Positions 17,056 through 27,629 of a stretch of 63,347 bases of DNA are shown piece after piece. Source of the DNA: an uncultured Christensenella sp. (lineage in GTDB: Bacteria > Bacillota > Clostridia > Christensenellales > UBA1242); NCBI GenBank assembly GCA_964554475.1, contig CAZKOT010000001.1, forward strand, positions 1 through 63,347, given 5' to 3'. Under the pieces are notes generated by a model, which did not search any database, was not told the origin of the DNA, and saw nothing but the letters and a program-made list of their open reading frames with translations. The translations under genes and the position numbers were made by a program. Position 1 is the first letter of the stretch, and the number at the start of each line of letters is the position of its first letter.

Positions 17056-20000
17056 ATGAAAAACCATCACAAGAAAACCTTGCTTTCGGTTATGTTTTCA
17101 CTCCTCCTTGCAATTACAGGTGGCTTTTTCTTAAATTTTCAAAAATTTCCATTAATTGCAAATGCTGATGATTTATTTACTCCCTCCTATCTTTCGATTT
17201 TTAAATATACCGAAAGTTCAACTCCTGGGGAATACACCAAAACAGGAAATACAATTTCACGTTTGGACGGAGTTTATTTAAATGAAGATCAAATTGTTAT
17301 TTTAAGACTTGCACACCCAGATGAAGCAGTTTCTTACGGAAACTATAAAATAGAAGTTTATGGAACAGAAATATTTTTAAATAAATCAGCAATCACATGG
17401 AGACCTGAATACACTGTAAATAATTATAACGAAACCCAATATGATTACATAGAAATGCGTTTTAATGTTTGGGCATCACCCTATGGAACAGAGGAACCCG
17501 ATGACGAAGGGAGATATGACATAAGTATTCAATATGTTGAATATTTTAACGGAGTAGCACTTCCATCAAAAACCTTAACTTATTCTTTTTATCTTTTCAA
17601 AACATCAAGTTATTATTTGGGAACCTATCCTGCTGTAACAATTTTAAATTTAGCAAGTTCATCTGACACAATTTTAGCAGGAGCATCTGCTTCTTATGCA
17701 AGAACTTTTCAGTATTATTACAAAAATAATGCACCATCAGAAACACGTCTTTCGCTCCCAGAACTATCATATAATCCCCAAAAATTTGAAATTAGAATTA
17801 CCAAAACAATTTACGGAATTAACACTGTAAGCTATATTAGTTTAAATTCATCTGGCGAAATTGTTCAAACCAATCCAATTGTAAAAATCCGTAAGACTGG
17901 CGAAACAAATGCTATTATTAATTTTAATGACATAGGAAATTACCAAATTGATTATATATTTGTTCACAAATATTTAGACAATGATGTGATTGTAACAGAG
18001 CCACTTACTAACGTAACAAATCAAACAAAATATGACCGAATGAATTTGTTTGGCTTTCAATTATTTCACACTGATATCAATTCTTCTGAAGCACAAAATC
18101 GTTTAGAATTTAAATCATTTGATTCTAACAACATTTTAAGAACTGGCTTTCAAACCGACGTAACTTACACTCATATTTCAGACAATTCTACAAATGCAAG
18201 ATATATTTCTTTTGCTGAAGAAGGACTAAACTCCTATTCAATTGTTCAAACAGATGGAATGAGTGAAACATTTCCATTGTCAACAATCAATTTTAACAAT
18301 GAAATTTTAACTCTTCCCAGCACAAATCAAGCACCAGTCGAACTTGAGTTTAATGGATCAATTTTAACTGATAATTCTTCCTTAATTAATGACAGTTATT
18401 ATTTAAAGCTTGACCACTATGACTCGACAGCAGGTAATACAAGAAATATTTGGAAAATGGAAAGAAATTATCGTGGAACAGCATTTACAGAACCCGGAAC
18501 ATATTTAGTAAAAGTCAGATATCAATCTCAAATATGTATGCAACCCGAGCGTTTTTTTACTCAATGGTTTTTCTTTAAAATTGTCAGTGAAACTCCAAAT
18601 TACACAGTAACAACTCAAAGCGGAACAAATTTACTTTCAAACGCATTCACAAAAGAGTCAGTTATCGTTAACGCCATAGAAAGTGAATATAACAATCCTT
18701 TTAATTCACCAACTCAACTATTTGTTTATTCAAAATCTTTTGAAAGCTCAACTTATTCAAATGAAACTTTAATAAATCCCCAAAGTCCTACCTCTTTTTC
18801 ATCAAAAGCAAATTATAAAGCAGTAATTAAATTCGGAAAAAACTTTTCTAAAAGTAAGAGTAGTTATTTTACCATCGACACAGATGAAATTTCTGGAATT
18901 ACAACAAGAACTGTTTCTTTTATTGATGGCAACTATCAAAAAAACTCGGCAATAAATTTTTTCTCGAATTCAGATGTTGCTGTCGAATGGAATGAAAAAG
19001 CAGCAAGTGGAAATATCACAACAGCTCAATATAAATTTATCCCTATCACAAAAACTACTTCAACTTTTTCTCATGCCCAACTCTTAAATTATTATGAAAA
19101 CCTAAGTCATTATATCCCAGTTAACTATGAAATCACTTACAATGGTGGATTAATACAAGCAGCTCCATACTCAAACACAGTAGGATCCTTAACCGTTCCA
19201 ACCGAAAAAGTAAAATCACAAGAAGGAATATATTTATTTAAAATTTCAGATTTGGCTGGTAATGTTGCCTACCATTCTTTTGTTATTGAGAAATCAGCTC
19301 CACGAGTTCTTCAAAAAACCTTGGGAGAATATCAAACAGATTTTTCAACATTAAATCTAGTAAGCGAAAATACAACTATTCAATGGGGTGAATATAAAGT
19401 AATTAAATTTAGCGGTTTAGATTTAACCGGAATTGATTTAAATGATTGGACAATCCCCGATGGACCTGACCCAGGAACTGAACGTGATGACCCAAATATT
19501 GACCCTTGGTTACTCTTACTTTTTAGAAACAAAGCAACAACTTTAGAGATGTCAAATTCGAATGCCGATTTTAAAAGAATTTTAATTGGCAGTGAAACAA
19601 ATCTTTTCTTATCTTCAAAAATAAAAACCAGCGAAGTAATGGTTCAAATTGGTGAAAAAAGAGTAATTGCGCAAACCGAAAACATTTATGCAGGTGGAGA
19701 ACCCTTGCCCGTTGAACAAATCGGTGGAATTAATTACTGTTTTGGTTATCAAATAAATATTGCAAATTTGGCCGGCACTATTATTTACGAAAACACCTAT
19801 TCATTTTTTGTAAATGATGAGAGTCAAACGAGAACGGGAGAATTCGCAACAACTCATAATATTGAGGTTTCAACAGACATTTCCAAAACTTCTGTTCGTT
19901 TTGCAACAAACGTTCCCTCAAATCCTTATGATGGTTTAAGTCGACATGATTACGAATTAACAGATTTAAGCAATCCAAATAATAGCACAAAATCGCTTTT

Positions 20001-23000
20001 TTACATGCCAATAAGCATAGATTTACTAGAATTACAGTACAAAGTTTCACCAGATCCCGGTTCAATTGAACTTGATGAAATAATCATTTATTTCTATCAA
20101 TATGTTTCAAATTATTTGATTTATACGGGACCGACAGGAATTTTGCAAAATAACATGTATTACACTCTTGATGAGGAAATTGAATATGAAACAGGACAAT
20201 TTGCTACTCTTCAATATTGTTTAACACAAAATATTTTTAGTTATTCAAATTTTCAGGTAGGAACAAGTTTTGTTCTTTCAAAAACTCCAATTGAAATAAT
20301 TGTTTACAGTTTCGAAGAAAACATTAATCTAGGAAATATTGACGGAGACTTATATGTTTGGGATATTAACACAGTTTACGACACCACAAGTGGAAAAACT
20401 TTAACAAACGAAGGAAAATATGAAATTTTCAGAACCTATCGTAATCTTGAAGGTGTTTCAACACTAGTTGCCGGTAACTATGATTTTATGACTAGAAAAA
20501 TTACATTTTATGTTGACAGACAAGATATAATTTCTTCACCAATTGTATTGTACATTGAACCCGATCCAAATCAGCCCATTCAACAAGAAAATTACATTCA
20601 AATAAGCCGTGTTGGTGGACATGGTTATTTGGAAGTATTATATATTTCACCTTCAGGTTCAGGTTTAGAAGAAAATAAATTTAAAGAATTATTTAGAGCA
20701 AAAAATTTAAATCCTGCATCTAAATTAAATATTTTTGAAACAAACAAACTTCCGGTAAAAATTAGTATGCCCTTATTGAAATTTGGTGATTTAATTGGCT
20801 CAAATTTCACTGCGTTCGCAAATTCACTTTTTTATGATTCAGTGCCAAATTCTTATATTAAAACGTTTGAAATTACAATTTCATTAAAGCATTTGCCCAC
20901 AGGAACAATAACAGCACAAACCTACACAATTGAAGCATCAAATCTACCACACATTCCGGGCAGTGGAAAAAGTAGCATTCAATTTGCACCTAATCTTTAC
21001 TTAATCACAACCGGAATAACAAACGGTTATATTGATTTTCCAACTTTTCACACCAGTGGGCAATACGAAATAACGCTTTCTCAAAACAATTCGCTTTTTA
21101 AAGGAAATCATTTAAATTTGATTTTTTATTTAGAAATTAAAAATCAAGCACCCGTTTTTTCTGTTGAAGATTCAAATGGCAATCCCCTTCAACCAAATAT
21201 TGACGAAACACTTTACTACACAAATGATGAACAAATCAAAGTAATATGGACTGATTCAACAAGTCCGTATATGGCAAAAATTAATTTAAATAAAATTCAA
21301 TACTTTGTTGGCACGGGTAGTTTACAAACTGTTAATCCTGTTGATATTACAACAGAAGGCTACAATCACTATTTTTCTTTAAATATTTCAGGACTTACAA
21401 GTGGTGCAAGAGTTACAATTCTTGTTGAATATGAAGGACAAGAATATTATTACTCGCCAGGTTTTTTTAGAAGCAGTAAAGTTGTTGAAATTGACAGAAT
21501 AGCACCAACAGCAAGTATTGAAAAGCTAATAACCAAGGTAAATGCAAGTTCAATTATTAATTCTGCGAACTTACGGCAAGGCCATCAACAGCAAGTAAAA
21601 TACAATAGAACAACAAAAGACCCCACAAGCATATTTAAAAACTTTGCATTTGCAGTTGATGTTCGCGATTTTAATACATTGATTTATTCTAATTTAGAAA
21701 GCGAACTATATTATAAAAATGTTCCAAACAAATACAGTGACATTTCATATAGCGAACTTGACCCTGCCCTTTCACCTCTTTCAACAATTCGTTATAGTGG
21801 AGATTATACAAGAATCTTAGACATCCAAGAAATTTACGACCTTGTTTCTTCTTCTGCATTTATTCCCTCTTATTATGAAATTGTCGAAGTTGATTTTGCA
21901 GGAAATATTACAGTATATTCAATTTATTTAACAGATTTATCAAAATTTGCAATTAATGAAGACTTAAACAATAATGGCATTTTGGATTCCAATGAAGACA
22001 TCAACGAAAACGGATTTTTGGATGTTAACAATCAAGATTTACTTTCATACGTAAGTGATATTAGTGGTGATTTAAAATTAAAACAAGATGAAATTGTAAG
22101 AAAAAATTATAATAGCACAATTTTTTCAAAAGGAAAATTTGAATTAATACGTATAAATGCTTTTGACTATCCATGGTCAATAATTAGTTATAACAATATT
22201 AGTTATTTAAATTCACCAAATCTTGAAGATGGCCAAGTTTACAAATGGGCAACCACAATAACAACGACAACACTTTCAAACGAAATAAATTTGGGAGTGT
22301 CAAGATATAATTATCCTATAATGATAAAAAACGTTCCCTATTTAAACATAAATATTCAAGTTGTAGTTTCAAACGCAATTCTTGATATTTCAGAACCCAG
22401 TGGAATCGCAACCTCTTTAACAGTTACAAAAACTCTCGCAAATGACACCCAATACATTAATTGGACATCAATAACAATTTGGGAATACATCGGTGGGAAT
22501 GTAACAAGAACAGCCGAGTTAAAAAATGGTGTTTCTGAACAAGGTGTTACAATTAATAATATATTAAGTTACAATGTTGTTGGCAACGTAACAACTTTCC
22601 AAATTGCAAATGTAAATGCAAGTGCAGGACCACATTATCGTTTTAGAATTTTTGATAATTTTTCTCAAACTTATACTTTTCATCATCTTTATGGACAAGA
22701 ATTTGTGGAAACAATTTCAAACGAAGACGGTTTGGCAACAATGAAAACAGACTTTTTCTACGAAAATGAGGGCGACGAACCCCAATTATTATACATAAGC
22801 AACAAACCTTTTATTTTCCGTTTTTACAAATCAATAACAACAGTAAAACTAACCGTTATGGCATTCAATTCTGTTTTAGGTTATGGATGGAGTGCAACAA
22901 ATATATACAACATATCAAAAGATTTGATTCCTAACCTCTCATGTTTTGGAATAATTAATAATAGCAATCCTTCATTTATTGAACTAAACTTAAGACCAAA

Positions 23001-25098
23001 TCTTGAGCATTTAGATTATATTCTTAATTTCGCCAATCCAAATTTTACAGGTCCATCATTTTACTATATTATTGAATCTACAACAAATGTTCTTAGTGGT
23101 GTTGTTGGCGAAGATGCAACAGAAATTGAAACATTTAGATTTAATGTTAATATGCTACTTCCAAAAATTGAATTACGAGGAAAATATAGGCAAGATTTAA
23201 ACGGACTGTTTATCAATAACAATATGACTTCTGACCCCGTAACAGTTGAATTTGCTGACACTTCCATCTTTACATATCCAGTTGAAATTTGGATTTCAAA
23301 AAATGGAGAACCACTTCAAAAAATAACTTCTGGACAAACTTTTACAGATGTTGGCGTTTACACAATTGTTAGAAAATGGACTAATGCAATGGATGTTTTT
23401 GAGGAACCCCAATTATCATTCACAATTTCAGATGCCGCAAGTCAGTTTTACAATGTTGCTGTAAAGGTTACTGGGGAAGAAAGATATGCTGTTATTTCTA
23501 CGACAGGTAATCCATACGTTTTGGTAGATAGTCAAAGCAGTGGTTTAACGAGTATTTATTCTCATTATATTGTAAATACCCTTGATTTTGTTATTAATTT
23601 AAACACTTCGCAAAATGTTGAAATTTTAGAAAATACCTACGAAAATCAGACACTAAAATTTACCGATACAAAAAACGGTGTGAACACTTTTATTCGTACA
23701 ATTTCAAATTACAACTCATCACCAACCTCATACGTTAATTATTTTGAAACAAAAATTGCAATAACCTACATTCCTCCTTCAAGTAAATTGTTAAACAATT
23801 TCACTTATACCGACACACAAGTTGATCAAAGGCCTTTTACTTACAGCGAATTAATTTATTCGATTAACAAAAGTGCACAAAGTGCCGACAGTTTAATAAT
23901 TTCATGGAATAATTATTATAGAATTCCCGAAAATAAAGTCATTGTTGAAATTAGATATGGTCTTGAAAATCAATTAATTTCTTTAGCGGGAATGACAACA
24001 AGAAATGAGGTTAATTCAATTATTTTAAATCGTTCGGGTTATTACTTGTTCACCTTTAGAGATTTAGCGGGAAATATTCATAAATTTGATTACAGTGCTT
24101 CGGTTTTAAACAGTTCAACTTCGTATGAATTTGTATATATAAAAAATGTGGTTTTTAATGTTAATAATGCATCTCCAATTCCTTATGCAATCTACAATTC
24201 CGATGTTGTCATTAACTTACCATCCGATTCTCTTGCCTACTATGATGTCAATGCTCAACCGTCCATAAAAGTATTAAAAAATGGCGAAATTTACAAAGAC
24301 TATACTTCTTCAACTGCTGAAAGAAAATACACGTTTACTGAGCCAGGACTATACCAAGTAAGTTTTTCAGCAAAACGACTAGGAAATGAAATTAGAGAAG
24401 AGACATATAGTTTTCAAATAATTAGAGCAAATGAACTTTGCTGGACATTTAATATTGACCAGTACGAAAATTATTACATTAAACAAATAATCAAAAATGG
24501 GGTTGACATAACAAGGGCACTTTCAAATAGTTCAATTGGAGCAATTATTTATGTTCAAACAGTTTTACCAAACGAAAGTGTTGTTAATCTTCCTTATTTA
24601 AAAGAACTTTGGGTTTCATTATATGATGAAAAAACGGGTGCAGGCAATTACTCAATTACAATAGGAACAAATAATGATTTGGGACAAGAATTTTCATTTT
24701 CTTTTAAAATTAATTCTGCCACAGCGCCAATTTCAGTTTCACTTGCGGAAGGAGAATCTACAACAGACACAATAACTGTGAAATTTAATGCAAAAAATCT
24801 TTTTGACAATGTTGGAGATTGTATTGTTCGTATTTATCCAAATAAAGACATTATAATAAACTCTGAATATTTTGAACAACCTGACTACATTGAGAATTAT
24901 GAAGTTAATATTACAAAAATCGGTGATAGTTATGTGCAAATTTTAACTCCAAGTGGACGACTTTTGTACAGTTATAGAGTGATACGTAATCAACCTTTAA
25001 ACTCCATTGCAATTATTCTAATTACCGTTGCATCATTAGTTGGAATTGGATTAACAATTATGTTTATTCTGCTTCGAAGGAGAATGAAAATTAGATAA
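17056..25098 (+). CDS. Giant cell-surface protein (2,680 aa) with a signal peptide, C-terminal TM anchor and tandem EF-hand-like calcium-binding loops
   Basis: Uninterrupted ORF. The N-terminal signal is 'LLSVMFSLLLAITGGFFLNF...IANADD'. The C-terminal anchor is 'IAIILITVASLVGIGLTIMFILLRRRMK'. 'DLNNNGILDSNEDINENGFLDVNNQD' at 21961-22038 holds the calcium loops. The sequence is T/S/N-rich, typical of an extracellular protein. Confidence 0.7.
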   Translation: MKNHHKKTLLSVMFSLLLAITGGFFLNFQKFPLIANADDLFTPSYLSIFKYTESSTPGEYTKTGNTISRLDGVYLNEDQIVILRLAHPDEAVSYGNYKIEVYGTEIFLNKSAITWRPEYTVNNYNETQYDYIEMRFNVWASPYGTEEPDDEGRYDISIQYVEYFNGVALPSKTLTYSFYLFKTSSYYLGTYPAVTILNLASSSDTILAGASASYARTFQYYYKNNAPSETRLSLPELSYNPQKFEIRITKTIYGINTVSYISLNSSGEIVQTNPIVKIRKTGETNAIINFNDIGNYQIDYIFVHKYLDNDVIVTEPLTNVTNQTKYDRMNLFGFQLFHTDINSSEAQNRLEFKSFDSNNILRTGFQTDVTYTHISDNSTNARYISFAEEGLNSYSIVQTDGMSETFPLSTINFNNEILTLPSTNQAPVELEFNGSILTDNSSLINDSYYLKLDHYDSTAGNTRNIWKMERNYRGTAFTEPGTYLVKVRYQSQICMQPERFFTQWFFFKIVSETPNYTVTTQSGTNLLSNAFTKESVIVNAIESEYNNPFNSPTQLFVYSKSFESSTYSNETLINPQSPTSFSSKANYKAVIKFGKNFSKSKSSYFTIDTDEISGITTRTVSFIDGNYQKNSAINFFSNSDVAVEWNEKAASGNITTAQYKFIPITKTTSTFSHAQLLNYYENLSHYIPVNYEITYNGGLIQAAPYSNTVGSLTVPTEKVKSQEGIYLFKISDLAGNVAYHSFVIEKSAPRVLQKTLGEYQTDFSTLNLVSENTTIQWGEYKVIKFSGLDLTGIDLNDWTIPDGPDPGTERDDPNIDPWLLLLFRNKATTLEMSNSNADFKRILIGSETNLFLSSKIKTSEVMVQIGEKRVIAQTENIYAGGEPLPVEQIGGINYCFGYQINIANLAGTIIYENTYSFFVNDESQTRTGEFATTHNIEVSTDISKTSVRFATNVPSNPYDGLSRHDYELTDLSNPNNSTKSLFYMPISIDLLELQYKVSPDPGSIELDEIIIYFYQYVSNYLIYTGPTGILQNNMYYTLDEEIEYETGQFATLQYCLTQNIFSYSNFQVGTSFVLSKTPIEIIVYSFEENINLGNIDGDLYVWDINTVYDTTSGKTLTNEGKYEIFRTYRNLEGVSTLVAGNYDFMTRKITFYVDRQDIISSPIVLYIEPDPNQPIQQENYIQISRVGGHGYLEVLYISPSGSGLEENKFKELFRAKNLNPASKLNIFETNKLPVKISMPLLKFGDLIGSNFTAFANSLFYDSVPNSYIKTFEITISLKHLPTGTITAQTYTIEASNLPHIPGSGKSSIQFAPNLYLITTGITNGYIDFPTFHTSGQYEITLSQNNSLFKGNHLNLIFYLEIKNQAPVFSVEDSNGNPLQPNIDETLYYTNDEQIKVIWTDSTSPYMAKINLNKIQYFVGTGSLQTVNPVDITTEGYNHYFSLNISGLTSGARVTILVEYEGQEYYYSPGFFRSSKVVEIDRIAPTASIEKLITKVNASSIINSANLRQGHQQQVKYNRTTKDPTSIFKNFAFAVDVRDFNTLIYSNLESELYYKNVPNKYSDISYSELDPALSPLSTIRYSGDYTRILDIQEIYDLVSSSAFIPSYYEIVEVDFAGNITVYSIYLTDLSKFAINEDLNNNGILDSNEDINENGFLDVNNQDLLSYVSDISGDLKLKQDEIVRKNYNSTIFSKGKFELIRINAFDYPWSIISYNNISYLNSPNLEDGQVYKWATTITTTTLSNEINLGVSRYNYPIMIKNVPYLNINIQVVVSNAILDISEPSGIATSLTVTKTLANDTQYINWTSITIWEYIGGNVTRTAELKNGVSEQGVTINNILSYNVVGNVTTFQIANVNASAGPHYRFRIFDNFSQTYTFHHLYGQEFVETISNEDGLATMKTDFFYENEGDEPQLLYISNKPFIFRFYKSITTVKLTVMAFNSVLGYGWSATNIYNISKDLIPNLSCFGIINNSNPSFIELNLRPNLEHLDYILNFANPNFTGPSFYYIIESTTNVLSGVVGEDATEIETFRFNVNMLLPKIELRGKYRQDLNGLFINNNMTSDPVTVEFADTSIFTYPVEIWISKNGEPLQKITSGQTFTDVGVYTIVRKWTNAMDVFEEPQLSFTISDAASQFYNVAVKVTGEERYAVISTTGNPYVLVDSQSSGLTSIYSHYIVNTLDFVINLNTSQNVEILENTYENQTLKFTDTKNGVNTFIRTISNYNSSPTSYVNYFETKIAITYIPPSSKLLNNFTYTDTQVDQRPFTYSELIYSINKSAQSADSLIISWNNYYRIPENKVIVEIRYGLENQLISLAGMTTRNEVNSIILNRSGYYLFTFRDLAGNIHKFDYSASVLNSSTSYEFVYIKNVVFNVNNASPIPYAIYNSDVVINLPSDSLAYYDVNAQPSIKVLKNGEIYKDYTSSTAERKYTFTEPGLYQVSFSAKRLGNEIREETYSFQIIRANELCWTFNIDQYENYYIKQIIKNGVDITRALSNSSIGAIIYVQTVLPNESVVNLPYLKELWVSLYDEKTGAGNYSITIGTNNDLGQEFSFSFKINSATAPISVSLAEGESTTDTITVKFNAKNLFDNVGDCIVRIYPNKDIIINSEYFEQPDYIENYEVNITKIGDSYVQILTPSGRLLYSYRVIRNQPLNSIAIILITVASLVGIGLTIMFILLRRRMKIR

Positions 25099-25125
25099 AA
25101 AAACGCACTTTTTTGTGCGTTTTTT
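25099..25125. terminator. Rho-independent terminator, shared by convergent genes
   Basis: 'aaaacgcac' / tttttt / 'gtgcgtttt' plus a T-run, immediately after the 25098 stop. Confidence 0.55.
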
Positions 25126-25138
25126 AATAATAAAAGAA

Positions 25139-26074
25139 TCAAGCGAAGTCAAAAGAATTATTTTTATCAACATCATTTTTATTATAATGATATTTATGTA
25201 TATATTCATTATAAAGTCTTAACAAATTTGGATTAGGAAAATCTGAAAGATTTTTTTGTTCAGATTTAAAAACAATTTTTTTCTCTTTTGATCCTATGTT
25301 TTTTTTATCTTGTTTTGTTGTTGATACCATTAATTTAACATCATTTCTATCTGATCCATTTTTGCTAAAAGCAAATGCGTATTCTGTAATTATATTATTT
25401 TGGTCTTTTTTTGATTTTTGTTGGAAAATTATAATTTGACCTTTATCATTAGGATTATTTTTAAGCTTTTTTTCAAAAAATTTAATCGAATTCTCATCAA
25501 TCGGGTTACATTCAAATTCTTTTAATAATTTTTCTATTTTTGCAAAATCATTTAATGAATTTGCTTTTTGCCTATGAAATTCAATGTATTTGTTTTCAAT
25601 ATCGGAAGCTATTGAAGAATATAAACCTTTCCATGATGCTTTAGCAAGTATTTTATCTTCATAAACTACGTAACCATATTCAGTTGGATGATACAACGAA
25701 TCGTTGATTTCTCTGTCGTCCTGATCAAAAACAAAAAGATTGTCTGTTCTAATCGGATCTTTAATTTTATGAAAAACATATCCTGACAAAGGAATAACAA
25801 ATATTGGATACTTATAGACTTTTACATGTCTGCTGTCAGCTGTTGTATAAAGAAATTCCTTACGCAGTTTGACTTCAAGAACGCATTTTGGAACATTGTG
25901 AAATTTATCTTCAAGTAAAATAATTTTAACGTCGTCGACATCTTTATCTTGTAATCTAGATTTACATTCATTTACACCACTTTGGTGTACGTATTGGATA
26001 ACATCATCAATTCTTTTAATTCTTAATCCCATAGTAAAATTTCCTTTTATAACAATTATAATTTTGAAAGTCAA
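25139..26074 (-). CDS. Hypothetical protein. The likely true start is the internal Met 'MGLRIKR' near 26032.
   Basis: 311-aa track ORF. An AAGGA RBS precedes the second ATG. No recognisable domain was found. It is co-oriented with the Rho-like gene just upstream. Confidence 0.4.
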   Translation of the reverse strand: MTFKIIIVIKGNFTMGLRIKRIDDVIQYVHQSGVNECKSRLQDKDVDDVKIILLEDKFHNVPKCVLEVKLRKEFLYTTADSRHVKVYKYPIFVIPLSGYVFHKIKDPIRTDNLFVFDQDDREINDSLYHPTEYGYVVYEDKILAKASWKGLYSSIASDIENKYIEFHRQKANSLNDFAKIEKLLKEFECNPIDENSIKFFEKKLKNNPNDKGQIIIFQQKSKKDQNNIITEYAFAFSKNGSDRNDVKLMVSTTKQDKKNIGSKEKKIVFKSEQKNLSDFPNPNLLRLYNEYIHKYHYNKNDVDKNNSFDFA

Positions 26075-26127
26075 TGTTAATTTAAAAAGAGTTGTTTGTA
26101 AATAATTAAAAAATTTTTTCTTTAAAA

Positions 26128-27246
26128 TTATTTTTTAAAAATTTTATCTGCGTTTTTAATAAGGTCATTTTTATAAAATGAATTTTCTTTTTCATGACTT
26201 AAACAACTTGCAAAAGTGGTAATACTCGCTCCAGTTTGCAAAACTTTTCCCGTATTAAAAATTCTTTTTGTAATTCTAACTGCTTCAACAGTATTATTTG
26301 TTCTTTCATTTTCAATTGCAAAAAACATTTCAAGTCCATTTAATATTCCAAAAATATCAAAAAGAACCAAAATAACTTTATTTCCCTCAAGTAAAAGTGA
26401 ATTCACATGGTTTATTGCATCAATAGTTGCATCATACAGTCTAATAGGATGATCCTCTAAAAGTGAGTAAATAAATTCACCCTCAAAATCTTTTTCAATT
26501 TGTAATTTTGTGTAAACTGAAATATTAGGAGCTAAGGCAACAACTTTAAACAATTTAAAAAGGGGCTTAATGGTTTCTTTCATTTTTGAAATTGAATCTT
26601 TGAATGTTTCGCCGATGAAAAGAACATTTTCCCCTTCATTCACGCCTTCCAAATTTTTTAACGGAACTTCTTTAAGAACAACCTGGTCATTTTTTTTCAA
26701 ATCTCTATTTTTTAAAACTTGATGATTATTTATACTTTCAATTTCAACCAAAACATAATAGCTTGTTAATTGATTTGCAACGCCTTCAATTTTATCTCCC
26801 TCAATAAGAGAATGTTCATTAATAAAACTATCTGGAACAGAAACCAAAATTTCATTACTTAAGTTTACTTTAAAGTAATAATTATTTGATTGAGTTTTTC
26901 TCAGAAAACCTTTAACTTCAACTCTTTCTGGATTTGCCACCTTACTTTGTGCAAATTGCAAACTTGCAGAAACTTTTTGAGCAATTTTTTTGTTTAGAAC
27001 CACTTCAGTTAATTCTTTTGGAACAAATATATCTAAAACACTTTCTATTTTTTTAATTGATTTTGGAGGACGACCTTTAACCGAAATTTTTTGAGGTATC
27101 ATTTCACCGCAAGAAATTTTTAATATTAATTCTTCTAATTCTTTTCTTTTTTTTGTTGTAGCCGAAGAAATGCCCAACCTACGAGCAAGTTCACGTAACT
27201 CATAAACTCCAAATTCTTTCAATTTTTCTTCTTTGTAACTCTTCAT
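26128..27246 (-). CDS. Rho-like protein with Rho_N and Rho CSD RNA-binding domains but degenerate ATPase motifs (no Walker A)
   Basis: 372 aa. 'YELRELARRLGISSATTKKRKELEELI' is a Rho_N helix-hairpin. 'VEVKGFLRKTQSNNYYFKVNLSNEILVSVPDSFINEHSLIEGDKIEGV...YYVLVEIESIN' aligns with E. coli Rho 'GFGFLR...[23 protein letters not shown]...YFALLKVNEVN'. The P-loop position reads 'LFIGETFKDSIS', not GxxxxGKT. 'VILVLFDIFGILNG' aligns with Rho 'VIILLDSITRLARAYN'. Confidence 0.5.
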   Translation of the reverse strand: MKSYKEEKLKEFGVYELRELARRLGISSATTKKRKELEELILKISCGEMIPQKISVKGRPPKSIKKIESVLDIFVPKELTEVVLNKKIAQKVSASLQFAQSKVANPERVEVKGFLRKTQSNNYYFKVNLSNEILVSVPDSFINEHSLIEGDKIEGVANQLTSYYVLVEIESINNHQVLKNRDLKKNDQVVLKEVPLKNLEGVNEGENVLFIGETFKDSISKMKETIKPLFKLFKVVALAPNISVYTKLQIEKDFEGEFIYSLLEDHPIRLYDATIDAINHVNSLLLEGNKVILVLFDIFGILNGLEMFFAIENERTNNTVEAVRITKRIFNTGKVLQTGASITTFASCLSHEKENSFYKNDLIKNADKIFKK

Positions 27247-27536
27247 GTCTCCTCCAAAATTATTTTAACACTTTTACTAAAATTTCCCAAATTATTCCCT
27301 ATTTTTTGATAAATTTAGAAAAGTTTTTTCTTGTTATTTTAAATTATAATTAGGTTCAAGCAATAAGTCAATAGAGAATGCATAATTCACAAAAAATTAT
27401 TGTTTTATTCATTTTTTACAAAGTGTTATTGTCTTTGCAAGTTTTGTTCATAAAAATGTGCTCCACTCAATATTAAATATTTCCAATTTTAGAAAAAATT
27501 TTCATTACTTGAAATAAATTTGCTTTTTAAATTAAA

Positions 27537-27573
27537 AATTGTGCTCTTAAAAACTAAAGCACAATTTTTTAAG
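27537..27573. terminator. Symmetric rho-independent terminator downstream of the giant lipoprotein gene
   Basis: 'aaaattgtgct' / 12-nt loop / 'agcacaatttt' carries an A-run on one side and a T-run on the other. It lies 60 nt past the 27630 stop on the minus strand. Confidence 0.5.
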
Positions 27574-27629
27574 CTAACGATAATAATACGCATTTATTTG
27601 GTGGCAAAGCAGTAAAACCTTAGTAAGTT

